This document shows positions 22,061-33,521 of a DNA stretch of 64,000 nt, piece after piece. Origin of the DNA: an uncultured Burkholderiales bacterium (GTDB lineage: Bacteria; Pseudomonadota; Gammaproteobacteria; Burkholderiales; Burkholderiaceae_C); the NCBI GenBank assembly GCA_903949285.1, contig CAJAYT010000015.1:15843-79842 (forward strand), written 5' to 3'. Under the pieces are notes generated by a model that saw only the letters and a program-made list of their open reading frames with translations, did not search any database and was not told the origin of the DNA. How positions within the stretch are numbered: the stretch's first letter is position 1; each line of letters opens with the position of its first letter. The position numbers were made by a program, and so were the translations under genes.

Positions 22061-23310
22061 CGGTCGATCTCCCCAAACACAATGTCCATCGTGCCGATGA
22101 CAGCAACTGTGTCCGCAATCATGTGCCCTTTAGCCATTTCATCCATTGCTGCTAAATGAGGAAAGCCAGGCGCTCTAATCTTCAAACGGTAAGGCTTGTT
22201 GGCACCATCGCTAACAATATAGATACCAAACTCACCCTTAGGATGCTCCACAGCAGCGTAGGCCTCGCCCTCAGGCACATGGAACCCTTCTGTGAATAGT
22301 TTAAAGTGGTGGATTAACTCCTCCATATGCTCTTTCATGCTCTCTCTGTGAGGAGCAGCAACTTTATGGTTATCCGTGATCACGGGCCCAGGATTGTTGC
22401 GTAACCATGAAACACATTGCTTGATGATGCGATTGGATTGACGCATTTCCTCAACCCGAACCAAATAGCGGTCATAGCAGTCACCCGTTTTACCAACTGG
22501 GATATCAAAATCGAGTTCACTATACACATCGTAGGGCTGGAATTTGCGCAAATCCCAAGCTATTCCTGAGCCTCTGAGCATCGCTCCAGTGAAGCCCAAA
22601 CTCTTCGCGCGCTCTGGACTTACCACTCCAATGCCCACAGTGCGTTGCTTCCAAATACGGTTATCAGTTAACAGCGTCTCATACTCATCCACAAACCCTG
22701 GAAAGCGATTTGTGAAGTCCTCAATAAAGTCCAGTAACGAGCCGCTTCTGTTTTCGTTTAACTTAGAAATAGCGCGTGCATTTTTAATCTTACTCACCTG
22801 ATACTGCGGCATATGGTCTGGCAAGTCGCGGTAGACCCCGCCTGGACGAAAATAGGCGGCGTGCATGCGAGCACCAGAAACTGCTTCATACATATCAAAG
22901 AGATCCTCACGCTCTCTGAAGCAGTAAATAAGAATGTTCATTGCGCCGCAGTCAAACCCATGGCAACCCAACCATAACAAATGATTCAAAAGACGCGTGA
23001 TCTCAGCAAACATCACTCGGATGTACTGAGCTCGCTTAGGAACTTCAAGCCCAAGAAGCTTCTCTATTGCAAGGCAATAAGCGTGCTCATTGCACATCAT
23101 TGAGACATAATCCAAACGGTCCATGTAAGGTAGTGACTGGATGTAAGTCTTGTGCTCAGCCAGCTTTTCGGTAGCTCGGTGCAAGAGTCCAATGTGCGGG
23201 TCAGCGCGTTGCACGACCTCCCCGTCAAGCTCCAAGACAAGCCTAAGAACGCCGTGAGCCGCAGGATGTTGAGGTCCTAAATTGAGGGTGTAATTTTTAA
23301 TATCAGGCAT
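22057..23310 (-). CDS. nuoD: NADH-quinone oxidoreductase subunit D
   Basis: [18 protein letters not shown] and VFGEIDR C-terminus. Confidence 0.97.
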   Translation of the reverse strand: MPDIKNYTLNLGPQHPAAHGVLRLVLELDGEVVQRADPHIGLLHRATEKLAEHKTYIQSLPYMDRLDYVSMMCNEHAYCLAIEKLLGLEVPKRAQYIRVMFAEITRLLNHLLWLGCHGFDCGAMNILIYCFREREDLFDMYEAVSGARMHAAYFRPGGVYRDLPDHMPQYQVSKIKNARAISKLNENRSGSLLDFIEDFTNRFPGFVDEYETLLTDNRIWKQRTVGIGVVSPERAKSLGFTGAMLRGSGIAWDLRKFQPYDVYSELDFDIPVGKTGDCYDRYLVRVEEMRQSNRIIKQCVSWLRNNPGPVITDNHKVAAPHRESMKEHMEELIHHFKLFTEGFHVPEGEAYAAVEHPKGEFGIYIVSDGANKPYRLKIRAPGFPHLAAMDEMAKGHMIADTVAVIGTMDIVFGEIDR

Positions 23311-23374
23311 GGTGTGTGCGGTGCATTCGCTTGCAGAATAATTGAGTCAAATCTCAAAAATTTATAACGCGTAA

Positions 23375-23986
23375 TTAGTGCAATCCCCCGTAGTTTTCTT
23401 CACGAATAATCCGGGGAGTAACCTCTCTAGGCTCAATGGAGACGGGTTGGTAAATAACGCGCTTTTGCTCAGCGTCATAACGCATCTCGACATGACCTGA
23501 CAATGGAAAATCTTTTCTAAAGGGATGCCCGATAAATCCGTAATCTGTAAGCAAGCGACGCAGATCTTCGTGACCATCGAAGATCACACCGTACAAATCG
23601 AAAGCCTCTCGCTCATACCAATTTGCAGAACTCCAAATCGCATTGACAGATGGGATACGGGGCAATTCACTTGACTCAGCAAAGACTTTAACCCGCAACC
23701 TAAAGTTGTGGACGATGGATAGCAAGTGGTTAACCACAGCGAAACGTGGGCCATCGGTGAACTCACTGTGAGCTCCGTCCTTGTAACTTGAGTAATCCAC
23801 AGCACACAGGTCAATTAACTGCTCGAATGCAAGACGAGGATGAGTGGATAGAGTTTCACAGACCTCAAGGTAATTTAAAGCGCTTACCGTAAGCGTTAGT
23901 TCACCAAGCGAAGAGTTGAGTGATTTGATTTTGTCACCCAAAACCTCATGTAGTGTTTTTTGCAGATTATCTAAAGACAGACTCAT
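23375..23986 (-). CDS. nuoC: NADH-quinone oxidoreductase subunit C
   Basis: [21 protein letters not shown] and GHPFRKDFP. Confidence 0.96.
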   Translation of the reverse strand: MSLSLDNLQKTLHEVLGDKIKSLNSSLGELTLTVSALNYLEVCETLSTHPRLAFEQLIDLCAVDYSSYKDGAHSEFTDGPRFAVVNHLLSIVHNFRLRVKVFAESSELPRIPSVNAIWSSANWYEREAFDLYGVIFDGHEDLRRLLTDYGFIGHPFRKDFPLSGHVEMRYDAEQKRVIYQPVSIEPREVTPRIIREENYGGLH

Positions 23987-24003
23987 GTGTTGGACCTTCA
24001 GAC

Positions 24004-24480
24004 TTATCTCGCAATCGTGTTTTCACGGCGAATTTTGGTTTGTAATTGAAGAATGCCGTATAAAAGAGCTTCTGCAGTCGGGGGACAACCCGGGACATAC
24101 ACATCCACAGGAACTATACGGTCGCATCCGCGAACTACTGAATAGCTGTAGTGATAATAACCACCACCGTTAGCACAAGAGCCCATCGATAACACCCACC
24201 TAGGCTCTGACATTTGATCGTAAACCTTACGAAGCGCTGGCGCCATTTTGTTACAAAGCGTACCCGCTACGATCATCAAATCCGACTGACGGGGACTGGG
24301 GCGAAAGAGCATTCCAAAACGGTCAATATCATATCTTGAAGCCCCTGCATGCATCATCTCCACTGCACAACAGGCTAGACCAAAGGTCATAGGCCATAAA
24401 GAACCCGTTTTTGCCCAGTTCACCACCGAATCATATGAGGTGGTGATGAAGCCTTCTTTAAATACGCCGTCAAGAGACAT
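24004..24480 (-). CDS. nuoB: NADH-quinone oxidoreductase subunit B
   Basis: [19 protein letters not shown] and VPGCPPTAE. Confidence 0.97.
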   Translation of the reverse strand: MSLDGVFKEGFITTSYDSVVNWAKTGSLWPMTFGLACCAVEMMHAGASRYDIDRFGMLFRPSPRQSDLMIVAGTLCNKMAPALRKVYDQMSEPRWVLSMGSCANGGGYYHYSYSVVRGCDRIVPVDVYVPGCPPTAEALLYGILQLQTKIRRENTIAR

Positions 24481-24483
24481 GAT

Positions 24484-24843
24484 TTATTCCCAGTCAAGGG
24501 CCCCTTTTTTCCATTCGTATGCAAATCCAACAACCAGTATGCCCAAGAAGATCATCATGGACCAAAAGCCAACAAAGCCAACTTCCTTCAAGGCAATTGC
24601 CCAGGGAAAGAGGAAAGCAATTTCTAGATCGAATAGGATGAAGAGAATAGCCACCAAGTAGTAGCGCACATCAAATTGCATTCTGGCGTCCTCAAACGCC
24701 TCGAAACCGCATTCGTAAGGGGAATTCTTTTGCTCGTCGGGTTTATTGGGCCCCAGAAAGTGGCCTATAACTTGTGGTGCGACTCCGACAAGAAGTCCAA
24801 TTAATATAAAGAGAAGGACGGGTAGGTATTGAACTAAACTCAT
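24484..24843 (-). CDS. nuoA: NADH-quinone oxidoreductase subunit A
   Basis: [16 protein letters not shown] and [10 protein letters not shown]. Confidence 0.97.
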   Translation of the reverse strand: MSLVQYLPVLLFILIGLLVGVAPQVIGHFLGPNKPDEQKNSPYECGFEAFEDARMQFDVRYYLVAILFILFDLEIAFLFPWAIALKEVGFVGFWSMMIFLGILVVGFAYEWKKGALDWE

Positions 24844-24895
24844 TCCAATTTCACAAAGTATTGTGTGTCCAATTTAGATTCATGTTTAACAAGTT

Positions 24896-24980
24896 TGGTG
24901 CCGTCGGCGAGACTCGAACTCGCACAGCTTTCGCCACTACCCCCTCAAGATAGCGTGTCTACCAATTTCACCACGACGGC
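24896..24980 (-). tRNA. tRNA-Leu(GAG), 85 nt with encoded CCA
   Basis: GCCGTCGTGGTGAAATTGGTAGACACGCTATCTTGAGGGGGTAGTGGCGAAAGCTGTGCGAGTTCGAGTCTCGCCGACGGCACCA: 7-bp acceptor stem, GAG anticodon, long variable arm, TTCGA loop; usual position between secG and nuoA. Confidence 0.97.
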
Positions 24981-25103
24981 ATGAACCATTTATGAAAAGC
25001 ATCTCAAACTTTGAGTTGCTTCTCATTGAAGTCCTAGAGTTTACCCCAAATGCCTATGTAAAGGCATAAAGTGACTCGATCAAGACTCTAATTTTTCTAA
25101 CTT

Positions 25104-25529
25104 TTACTTAGCAGGTATTTTATTGACCCCCTCAGAACTTGTTGGTGTTGGCACTGAACCAACAGACCCAGAGGCGCCACCCTGCGCGGGGGGGGTTGCA
25201 CCAGGGATTTGGTTGCTGATATCGTTATTAGCCGGAGCCGTTTTGACGGGCACATTAACCCCCTCCAACACACTTCCTGAGCGAGCTGCGTGTGGTTGAC
25301 CAAAAAAGGCAAGCCCCAGTGTCGACGCGAAAAAGATAGCCGCTAACACCGCTGTGGATCGGGATAAGAAGTTAGCTCCCCCACTTGCCCCAAAAAGACT
25401 TCCGGAGCTTCCACTCCCAAAAGCAGCGCCCATATCTGCGCCTTTGCCGTGCTGGAGCAAGATGAGACCGATCATGGCTAGAGCAGACAAGATTTGAATT
25501 AACAAAATAATATTTAAAACCACATTCAT
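25104..25529 (-). CDS. secG: Preprotein translocase subunit SecG
   Basis: ILLQHGKGADMGAAFGSG and NFLSRSTAVLA. Confidence 0.95.
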   Translation of the reverse strand: MNVVLNIILLIQILSALAMIGLILLQHGKGADMGAAFGSGSSGSLFGASGGANFLSRSTAVLAAIFFASTLGLAFFGQPHAARSGSVLEGVNVPVKTAPANNDISNQIPGATPPAQGGASGSVGSVPTPTSSEGVNKIPAK

Positions 25530-25594
25530 TTCACTTACTCCGAAAGATATTTCTTACTTAATTAAATTCAAATTGATTCAAAAATTTACTTGCA

Positions 25595-26356
25595 CTAGGC
25601 CGAAGCAATGATCGCCAAGAAATCAGCCACCTTCAAGGCAGCCCCGCCTATTAATCCACCATCAATATCGGGCTGAGAGAGCAAGGACTTTGCGTTTGCT
25701 GCGTTCATGCTCCCACCATATAAGATACGGATTTTCTCTGCGCCTTCGCCTGCTGCAGCTCGAAGCTGCGCTCTTAGGACAGCGTGTACTGATTGAGCTT
25801 GCTCGGGGGTTGCAGTGAGCCCTGTACCGATTGCCCAAACAGGCTCATAGGCCACAACAATTTCAGTGATGCAGTGGCCCACAAGATGAATCACCGCAGC
25901 AAGTTGGCGCTTAACAATGACCTCTGTTAGCCCTGCCTCTCTTTCTTGCTGGGTTTCACCGACACAAACGATTGGTGTGATGCCAGCACTAAGAGCTCGC
26001 TCTGCCTTTATAGCGACCAATTGGTCCGATTCATGGTGAAACTGCCTTCTCTCAGAATGCCCCACGATTGCGTATGAGACCCCAAACTCTTTCAGCATGG
26101 ATACTGAAATTTCACCGGTGTAAGCACCCTTCTCATGAGCAGAGATATCTTGGGCGCCCAAATGAATCGGGCTTGAACCTGCACTGAGCAACAACGCATG
26201 AATTTGAGCCAAGTAAACGCTAGGCGCACAAACTGCTACATCACAAACATTAGCGTGCAAATCCCCGCCCAACAATGAGCGCATCAAAGTTGAGTTGAAC
26301 TCTAGTGAGCCGTTCATTTTCCAATTACCGGCAATGAGTTTTTTAGGGCTTTGCAT
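25595..26356 (-). CDS. tpiA: Triosephosphate isomerase
   Basis: [29 protein letters not shown] and GGAAL. Confidence 0.98.
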   Translation of the reverse strand: MQSPKKLIAGNWKMNGSLEFNSTLMRSLLGGDLHANVCDVAVCAPSVYLAQIHALLLSAGSSPIHLGAQDISAHEKGAYTGEISVSMLKEFGVSYAIVGHSERRQFHHESDQLVAIKAERALSAGITPIVCVGETQQEREAGLTEVIVKRQLAAVIHLVGHCITEIVVAYEPVWAIGTGLTATPEQAQSVHAVLRAQLRAAAGEGAEKIRILYGGSMNAANAKSLLSQPDIDGGLIGGAALKVADFLAIIASA

Positions 26357-26487
26357 GTCAAACTTTAAAAGTAAGGCTCAATCTATAAAGGGGGGCTGGG
26401 GAACATGCTCTCAAGTTAGAGTTTGAAACTCAAAACTCTTTGAAAGTTCATTGTCCTTTCCCCCACCTTTACTTAATTGATATGGGT

Positions 26488-28656
26488 TTACTCTTGGTGA
26501 GGTGAGTGCTCATGAGCTGAGTGTGAGTCATGCGCAGGTGAGTCCGCTTGAGCAGCAGGCGCAGGGCGCTCTGTCAACGCTTTCATGGACAACTTAACGC
26601 GACCTTTCTCATCCGTTTCCAATACTTTAACTCGAACAATTTGGCCTTCAGCTAAAACATCGCTCACCTTAGCGATTCTTTCGTGACTGATTTGGCTGAT
26701 GTGCAATAGCCCATCTTTTCCGGGCAATAAGTTAATCAGTGCACCGAAGTCCAAAATCTTAGTCACAGGACCTTCATAAATCTTGCCAATTTCGACCTCA
26801 GCCGTGATCTCCTCAATGCGGCGCTTGGCTTCCTCAGCTTTGGATCCTTCACTGGATGCGATGGTGATGACGCCGTCCTCAGAGATATCAATCTGAGTTC
26901 CAGTCTCTTCTGTCAATGCACGAATAGTTGCACCGCCCTTACCGATCACATCTCTGATCTTCTCTGGATTGATCTTCATGGTGTACAAGCGTGGCGCAAA
27001 ATCACTGATCTCAGTGTTTGCAGAACCCATTGTTGATTGCATGATGCCCAAAATGTGAAGTCTTGCTTCCTTAGCCTGCGCCAAAGCGACCTGCATGATT
27101 TCTTGGGTAATCCCTTGAATTTTGATGTCCATTTGAAGTGCGGTAATTCCGTTTGGAGTACCTGCAACTTTAAAGTCCATATCGCCCAGGTGATCTTCAT
27201 CACCCAAAATGTCAGTCAAAACAGCGAAACGGTTTTCCTCTTTGATCAAACCCATTGCAATTCCTGCAACGTGAGCTTTCATTGGAACACCGGCATCCAT
27301 TAGCGACAAACATCCACCACATACTGAGGCCATGGAAGATGATCCGTTAGATTCTGTAATCTCAGACACAACACGCACAGTGTAAGGAAACTCTTCTTTG
27401 GTGGGCAAGCAAGCAACGAGGGCTCTTTTGGCCAAACGCCCGTGACCAATCTCACGACGCTTTGTGCTACCCATGCGACCGACTTCGCCAGTGGCAAAGG
27501 GAGGCATGTTGTAGTGGAACATGAAGCGGTCTTCAAACTCACCGCTCAAGGCGTCGATACGCTGTGCATCGCGGTCTGTACCTAAAGTAGAAATCACCAA
27601 TGCCTGTGTCTCACCCCTAGTGAACAGTGCAGACCCGTGAGTACGCGGTAACACACCAGTGCGAATCTCAATGGGGCGAACAGTACGAGTGTCGCGACCA
27701 TCAATTCGTGGTTCGCCGGAGAGAATTTGGCCGCGCACAATGCGGGCTTCAATTTCAAACAAAAGGTTGTCTACTTTGATTGCATCAAATTCGACGCCTG
27801 CCTCAGTCAGACCGGCTTTAACGGCTGCATAAGCTTCGCGACAAGCCTGAGTTCTGGACTGCTTGTTGCGGATTTGATAAGCTGCGTTAAGCGCATCTTG
27901 AGCAAGTGCCTTGACCTTTGATTCAAAAGCCTCATCGCGTGCAGGTGCACTCCACTCCCAAGCAGGCTTGCCCGCTTCCTTAACCAACTCATGGATAGCG
28001 TCAATGACGATACGACCCTGGGTATGGCCAAACATCACAGCTCCAAGCATTACTTCCTCGGACAATTGCTGCGCCTCAGACTCAACCATTAAAACGGCTG
28101 TCTCAGTACCTGCAACCACGAGGTCCATGATGCTGTCTTTGCGCTGAGTTTGACCAGGATTCAAAACGTATTCACCGTTGATATAGCCCACGCGCGCGGC
28201 GCCAATTGGGCCATTAAACGGTACACCGGAGATAGACAAAGCAGCAGAGGCTCCAATCATCGCAGCCATATCTGCGTCCACCTCGGGATTCAAGGACATG
28301 GTGTGAATGACCACATGTACTTCGTTGTAAAAGCCTTCGGGGAAAAGAGGACGAATAGGACGGTCGATCAAACGACTTGTCAAAGTCTCTAATTCGCTAG
28401 GTTTTGCTTCGCGCTTGAAGAAGCTACCAGGGATCTTGCCCGCAGCATAAGTTTTCTCAATGTAATCAACCGTAAGCGGAAAGAAATCTTGCCCTGGCTT
28501 AGATGACTTAGATGCAACGACTGTTGCCAAAATAACAGTTCCTTCAATATCAACAACGACTGCACCCGTGGCTTGTCGAGCAATTTCACCGGTCTCCATC
28601 GTGACCTTGTGTTGTCCCCATTGAAAGGTTTTGGTAACTTTATTAAAAAGTGACAT
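26488..28656 (-). CDS. pnp: Polyribonucleotide nucleotidyltransferase, with a His-rich C-terminal tail
   Basis: [34 protein letters not shown] and GDMDFKVAG, followed by KH and S1 domains. Confidence 0.98.
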   Translation of the reverse strand: MSLFNKVTKTFQWGQHKVTMETGEIARQATGAVVVDIEGTVILATVVASKSSKPGQDFFPLTVDYIEKTYAAGKIPGSFFKREAKPSELETLTSRLIDRPIRPLFPEGFYNEVHVVIHTMSLNPEVDADMAAMIGASAALSISGVPFNGPIGAARVGYINGEYVLNPGQTQRKDSIMDLVVAGTETAVLMVESEAQQLSEEVMLGAVMFGHTQGRIVIDAIHELVKEAGKPAWEWSAPARDEAFESKVKALAQDALNAAYQIRNKQSRTQACREAYAAVKAGLTEAGVEFDAIKVDNLLFEIEARIVRGQILSGEPRIDGRDTRTVRPIEIRTGVLPRTHGSALFTRGETQALVISTLGTDRDAQRIDALSGEFEDRFMFHYNMPPFATGEVGRMGSTKRREIGHGRLAKRALVACLPTKEEFPYTVRVVSEITESNGSSSMASVCGGCLSLMDAGVPMKAHVAGIAMGLIKEENRFAVLTDILGDEDHLGDMDFKVAGTPNGITALQMDIKIQGITQEIMQVALAQAKEARLHILGIMQSTMGSANTEISDFAPRLYTMKINPEKIRDVIGKGGATIRALTEETGTQIDISEDGVITIASSEGSKAEEAKRRIEEITAEVEIGKIYEGPVTKILDFGALINLLPGKDGLLHISQISHERIAKVSDVLAEGQIVRVKVLETDEKGRVKLSMKALTERPAPAAQADSPAHDSHSAHEHSPHQE

Positions 28657-28744
28657 ATGTTTTTCTCCAATTTCTCTATAACTACAAGGCTTTAAAAAAG
28701 GGCAGCCTTAAATGCCTGGAGAGGAAAAGGATTATCAGAACACG

Positions 28745-28821
28745 ATGCCATTCCAAAAAAACACAATCCTAGGAGTCATTGATATACGCTCCTTAGTTGC
28801 GCTAGTCTTTTGGAATGACAC
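28745..28821 (-). promoter_or_regulatory. Structured pnp 5' leader (long hairpin, candidate RNase III site)
   Basis: On the mRNA strand GUGUCAUUCCAAAA pairs with UUUUGGAAUGGCAU (14 bp, two G-U) and encloses a GGAG/CUCC inner stem. Confidence 0.65.
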
Positions 28822-28879
28822 AGCTTCAGCCCTGCTAATCTCCAACCTACTCCAACGATTTGATAATGCTTGAAACACA

Positions 28880-28912
28880 AAACGCCTGAGCTATGAATTA
28901 ACTCAGGCGTTT
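28880..28912 (-). terminator. Intrinsic terminator downstream of rpsO
   Basis: Inverted repeat AAACGCCTGAG / CTCAGGCGTTT (11 bp) followed on the minus strand by a U-rich run. Confidence 0.8.
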
Positions 28913-28959
28913 GCTTCTAAAACATAATCAAGATTTGATACTCGATCAAACTTAAGTTG

Positions 28960-29223
28960 TTACTTACGTAAACCTAATTTAGCGATCAACTGAGTGTAGC
29001 GATCTGCATCTTTAGATTTCAAATAATCGAGCAATTTACGACGACGACTTACCATGCGCAGGAGTCCACGACGACCGTGGTGATCTTTAGCATGAGTCTT
29101 AAAATGGGGGGTCAACTCATTGATACGAGCTGTTAAAAGAGCTACCTGAACCTCAGGACTCCCAGTATCGTTTGCACTGCGTGCGTTAGCCTTAACGACT
29201 TCAGACGTTTGTTGAATATTCAT
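28960..29223 (-). CDS. rpsO: 30S ribosomal protein S15
   Basis: [26 protein letters not shown] and LGLRK. Start moved to ATG 29223. Confidence 0.98.
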   Translation of the reverse strand: MNIQQTSEVVKANARSANDTGSPEVQVALLTARINELTPHFKTHAKDHHGRRGLLRMVSRRRKLLDYLKSKDADRYTQLIAKLGLRK

Positions 29224-29495
29224 TGTTTTTCCAAAAAGTTTTACATGCGCCAACAGCCGGAAATGCCAGATGGCGTGATTAATTGCGAAGTCCCAAAGCA
29301 TTCACCATGGTCCCAGACAACGATAGATTATAACTGACTTAGATCAAATTTGGCTAATCTATGGCCAACCAACAGCATAGGTTCCTAGCCAGTCAGAGGA
29401 AAAACAAATGCTTGAGACCAGGAGTCACAATAATATATCTTGAAGAAATAGCGAGCATGGATATATTTTAGTATAAAAGTATTAATAAATAGCTT

Positions 29496-30659
29496 TTAAT
29501 TTTTGCGTATCCAGTTGCCTAGCCTATCCGCCCCATCTAAGAGCCTGTTGAGGTCTTTGGAGGCGAAGCACCATCTGAACCAATCTCGAGATTCAGGGGC
29601 AAATGCCTCTCCAGGCGCAATGCCCAGTCCTGCCTCGCTGACCAGCCTTTTTGCAATTTGAAGAGAGTCAGTATGTCCGCTAATTTTAAAGAAAGCGTAC
29701 ATCCCTCCCTTGGGACTAGACAACTCTAGGCGCTCCATGGTTTTTAATTGCCCGATGAGTGTATCGCGACACATTTTGAGGTGCGCAACCACTTTTGGCG
29801 TAATTTCTTGTATCCGGGAAAGTGCCGCAACACCGCCGCGCTGGGTAAACAAACTAGCGCAGGAGGTATTAAATTCGATCAATTTACCCACCGAGCCTAA
29901 AATTTCCTCGGGCACTACCATCCAGCCTAGGCGCCAACCCGTCATCAGAAAACTTTTAGAGAAGCTATGGACCACTATCAATCGATCTCCTGGTGTAGCT
30001 AAATCTAAAAAGCTTGGAGCACACCCATTTGAGGTCGGTTCATAGTACAAATTCTCATAGACCTCATCAGCCAAAATCCAAATTCCGTTCAAGCGGCAAT
30101 GGTTCAAGATAAGTTGATGCTCTTCAGCGCTCAGGGTCCACCCCGTTGGATTATTGGGCGCATTGACGATCAGCATCCTGACTTTTGGTGTCAATGCCCC
30201 CAAAAGCATTTGCATATCCAACGTCCAAGCGCCGCCCAAGGGCTTCAAAGGAACACTGGTGAGTTTTGCACCCATAATGACCGCCTGAGCACACAAGTTT
30301 GGCCACAAAGGTGTAATCACAACCACCTCATCTCCAGGCGAGATGATTGCTTGAGAAGCGATCATAAGCGCATTCACTCCGCCAGAGGTTACGGCAATGT
30401 TTTGTGAACCAAACCTGCCCAGGCCGTGGCGTTTACTCATCTCCTTTGCAATTGAATCGCGCAACTCAGGCAGGCCTAAGTTGTGGGTATAAAAAGTCTC
30501 CCCCTTCCTCAAGGACTCAACCGCTGCGTCACAGATAAATTCAGGCGTGGCTTCGTCGCTTTCTCCAAACCAAAAAGCAAGAACATCGGTGCTCCCCATT
30601 GCAGCGTTTGCAACCTCTCGTATTTTTGACTCTTCAAGGTTTTGTATCAGTGGGCGCAT
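29496..30659 (-). CDS. PLP-dependent class I/II aminotransferase (aspartate aminotransferase-like)
   Basis: NAPNNPTG, LADEVY and SFSKSFLMTGWRLGW with the Schiff-base Lys. Confidence 0.92.
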   Translation of the reverse strand: MRPLIQNLEESKIREVANAAMGSTDVLAFWFGESDEATPEFICDAAVESLRKGETFYTHNLGLPELRDSIAKEMSKRHGLGRFGSQNIAVTSGGVNALMIASQAIISPGDEVVVITPLWPNLCAQAVIMGAKLTSVPLKPLGGAWTLDMQMLLGALTPKVRMLIVNAPNNPTGWTLSAEEHQLILNHCRLNGIWILADEVYENLYYEPTSNGCAPSFLDLATPGDRLIVVHSFSKSFLMTGWRLGWMVVPEEILGSVGKLIEFNTSCASLFTQRGGVAALSRIQEITPKVVAHLKMCRDTLIGQLKTMERLELSSPKGGMYAFFKISGHTDSLQIAKRLVSEAGLGIAPGEAFAPESRDWFRWCFASKDLNRLLDGADRLGNWIRKN

Positions 30660-30797
30660 AGTTCGGAAATAATATCAAAATTATTAATAAATGAAGATAA
30701 GGTAAGTCTCACGCGCCACATTGGAGCGAGGGACCAAATAGGGCATTATTCCCCAAATTCAAGACCACCGCCGCAAAAAAATAACCCAGCTTTTTCA

Positions 30798-30826
30798 CTT
30801 GAAATTACGTGTAGGTATACCCATTT
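30798..30826 (+). promoter_or_regulatory. Sigma32 (RpoH) heat-shock promoter of the Hsp20 gene
   Basis: CTTGAAA (30798-30804), 14-nt spacer, ACCCATTT (30819-30826); consensus is CTTGAAA-N13-17-CCCCATnT. Confidence 0.75.
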
Positions 30827-30914
30827 GAAATTCATAGAACAAGAACTCAAAACGATTCAGATTTGAGCTTAAGTTTATTTCGGGTTTAAGGCCCACAAAC
30901 AACAGGAGTTTTAC

Positions 30915-31277
30915 ATGTTTTTATCCACAATCGCACCTCCCTCTTATCGCAGGGCAAACACAGCTTCATTTGACCGCTTTATTGAGGGCGTTCTTAAGAC
31001 CAGTAGTGCCCCTACTATCGAACAAGACGAGAAAAGTTACAAACTTCAAATTGATGTACCCGGCGTTTCTCGCGATCAACTCAATATCTCAATTGAGGGA
31101 CAAGTAGTTCGTATCAAAACCACTGAGCAAGCTAAACGCAATTACAGCGGCGGCTACGAACTGCCTGAGGAGATTGACGCCGCGTTGAGTTCGGCGAAGC
31201 TAGAGGACGGCGTTTTGTACCTTACATTGACCAAGAAAGTTCCAGTGAGTCAGGCAACAACATTACCTATTCTTTGA
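30915..31277 (+). CDS. Small heat-shock protein, Hsp20/alpha-crystallin family
   Basis: DVPGV and AKLEDGVLYLTL alpha-crystallin motifs; AGGAG RBS; upstream sigma32 promoter. Confidence 0.9.
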   Translation: MFLSTIAPPSYRRANTASFDRFIEGVLKTSSAPTIEQDEKSYKLQIDVPGVSRDQLNISIEGQVVRIKTTEQAKRNYSGGYELPEEIDAALSSAKLEDGVLYLTLTKKVPVSQATTLPIL

Positions 31278-31320
31278 ATTTGATGGTCAACCAAGGCGCT
31301 ATTTCTTTGTATCGTTTGAT

Positions 31321-32370
31321 TTAATTAATCTGGTCTAATGGCCAGCGCGGACTCACCTCAAAGGAGTAATCTTTTGTGGGTGTGCTGCGCTTGGCCTGTA
31401 TTCTCATCGCGGCGGCCATTGCGATCATTGCCCCGTTGTCCGTACAAAACTCAAGCTCTGGGTAATGCACACGGCTGTTCAATTTGCGACACTCTGAATT
31501 AAGTGACATTCGAAGTGCGCTGTTAGCCCCTACCCCACCAGCGACAACCAAGGTTTTTAGCCCTGTTTGCGCCAAGGCTTTAATAGATTTTTTAACCAAC
31601 ACCTCAACGATGGCCGCCTGTGTAGAAGCGGCTAAATTGGCGCGCTCATTCATAAGCTCGCCGCCCAGCTTTTTGCACTGCGTTAGCACTGCAGTTTTAA
31701 GACCAGCAAATGAGAAATTTAAATCCTTACTATGAAGTAAGGGGCGAGGAAAAGCATATGCAAGTGGGTTACCGTGGATGGAGAGTTCCGAGAGCTCTTT
31801 ACCACCCGGATAATCAATCCCGAGTAACTTTGCAGATTTGTCAAACGCCTCCCCTGCAGCGTCATCAATCGACTCTCCGAGAATTTCATATTCTCCAACC
31901 CCCTGAACCCGCATTAGCTGAGTGTGTCCGCCAGAGACCAAGAGAGCGACAAAGGGAAAGCTTGGTGCATCTTCGCTTAAAAACGGGGAAAGCAAATGCC
32001 CCTCCAAGTGGTGTACCCCTAGAACTGGAATATCCAAAGAGGCCCCTAGCGCGCAGGCAACCCCGGCCCCAACCAACAATGCCCCTGCTAATCCAGGCCC
32101 TTTTGTAAAAGCAACCGCATCAATGTCCTCTAACTTGTAATTGGACCCTTGCATCACAGCACGCGTGAGAGGAACTACTCTTTGTATGTGGTCTCGGCTT
32201 GCAAGTTCTGGAACTACTCCGCCGTAGGGAGTGTGCAGCGCAATTTGGGAGTGCAGCGCTTGTGATATCAGTTTGGGCCAGGTCGCTTGGGACGCACCTA
32301 AGCCCGGCGAGATCTCAACCAATGCCACGCCCGTTTCATCGCACGAGGATTCGATTCCTAAAATTAACAT
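31321..32370 (-). CDS. tsaD: tRNA N6-adenosine threonylcarbamoyltransferase
   Basis: [37 protein letters not shown] and TDNGAMIA. Start moved to ATG 32370. Confidence 0.96.
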   Translation of the reverse strand: MLILGIESSCDETGVALVEISPGLGASQATWPKLISQALHSQIALHTPYGGVVPELASRDHIQRVVPLTRAVMQGSNYKLEDIDAVAFTKGPGLAGALLVGAGVACALGASLDIPVLGVHHLEGHLLSPFLSEDAPSFPFVALLVSGGHTQLMRVQGVGEYEILGESIDDAAGEAFDKSAKLLGIDYPGGKELSELSIHGNPLAYAFPRPLLHSKDLNFSFAGLKTAVLTQCKKLGGELMNERANLAASTQAAIVEVLVKKSIKALAQTGLKTLVVAGGVGANSALRMSLNSECRKLNSRVHYPELEFCTDNGAMIAMAAAMRIQAKRSTPTKDYSFEVSPRWPLDQIN

Positions 32371-32454
32371 TCGCTCAACTTCTTTTGTAATTGCCTGTAT
32401 TATCGTAGCTCGACTAAGCCCCCCACCCAGAAAGCCTTTTTTCAACGTATAGAA

Positions 32455-33387
32455 ATGAGTATTCAACCCTTCATCCGCGAAATTGGTCGAGGTAAAGACG
32501 GTGCTAAAGCCCTAAACCGCGAGCAAGCAAGTGAATTAATGGGTTTAATTCTTGACGGCCAAGTCAGCGACCTACAGCTGGGGGCCTTTTGTCTAGCAAT
32601 GCGAATCAAAGGCGAGACAGAGCAGGAGATGAGTGGATTCTTAGACGCCGCGCAAGCTAGACTTACTTACTTTACAGCCCCTGATAGCGCACTCCCCGCC
32701 ATCGTCATACCTTCATATAACGGTGCTCGGCGCCTGCCCGTTTTAACGCCTCTTCTTGGGTTGTTACTGGCAAGACAGGGTTTCGCAGTTTTGATTCACG
32801 GCAGCACTACCGAGAGCAAAAGAGTCCCAAGCCAAGACGTTTTACAAGAACTTGGGATATTCAAAGCAAATTCTGCTAGCGTCCTAAAGCAAGGCGAGCT
32901 TGTTTTCGCGCCCACAAACTTAATAAGTCCAGCGCTGCAAAAGTTACTCGATGCAAGGCGCACGATTGGTCTGAGGAACTCAGGACACAGTATGGTAAAA
33001 CTCCTTCAACCAGTCTTGCCTAGCCTCCACAACCCAGGCTCAAAGCCATTTCTAATCACAAGTTACACACATCCTGAATACGCTATCTCGATGCGTAAAA
33101 CTCTAGAGCTCACTCACGGCAATGCCGTGCTGCTAAGAGGCTGCGAGGGTGAGGCGGTAGCAGATGCAAGGCGATCACCCGCTTACACGGTGATTAAAGA
33201 TGGGACCGTTCTACACGAGAGAGAAGCGGAAAAGGGAAGCATCTTGCCTACTGAACTTTTCAACGCAGAATTGAATGCAAAAAGTATTGCCAACTACACC
33301 CAAAAAATATTAGATGGCTTATTTCCCACTCCTCAACCAATTTTGGATCAAATTAACCTTATTCAAAAAGCCTGCGCTGGAATGTAA
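32455..33387 (+). CDS. ybiB: YbiB-family DNA-binding protein (TrpD-like fold)
   Basis: [40 protein letters not shown] and LRGCEGE. Confidence 0.88.
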   Translation: MSIQPFIREIGRGKDGAKALNREQASELMGLILDGQVSDLQLGAFCLAMRIKGETEQEMSGFLDAAQARLTYFTAPDSALPAIVIPSYNGARRLPVLTPLLGLLLARQGFAVLIHGSTTESKRVPSQDVLQELGIFKANSASVLKQGELVFAPTNLISPALQKLLDARRTIGLRNSGHSMVKLLQPVLPSLHNPGSKPFLITSYTHPEYAISMRKTLELTHGNAVLLRGCEGEAVADARRSPAYTVIKDGTVLHEREAEKGSILPTELFNAELNAKSIANYTQKILDGLFPTPQPILDQINLIQKACAGM

Positions 33388-33521
33388 ATTTCGCGACTTC
33401 TGGCTTGACCGCAGACGTACAGACTAAGAAATTAGATTGACTAAGGTGTTCAGATAAAAATTGCTATTGATAACTTCAAATTTGGGCTCCCACACTATAA
33501 GGCAGCCCTACAATCGAGGAT

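Noticed and set aside
6102-26442. GAGTTT/AAACTC hairpins at about 6102, 25005 and 26418 as a REP-like family
   Set aside because: Shared sequence is only about 6 nt with different spacing; not enough to call a repeat family.
29335-29396. Interrupted hairpin upstream of rpsO (TGGCTA/TAGCCA, CTATG/CATAG)
   Set aside because: Short stems with large bulges, and it lies upstream of the likely -10 box (TATAAT 29327-29332), so it is probably not transcribed.
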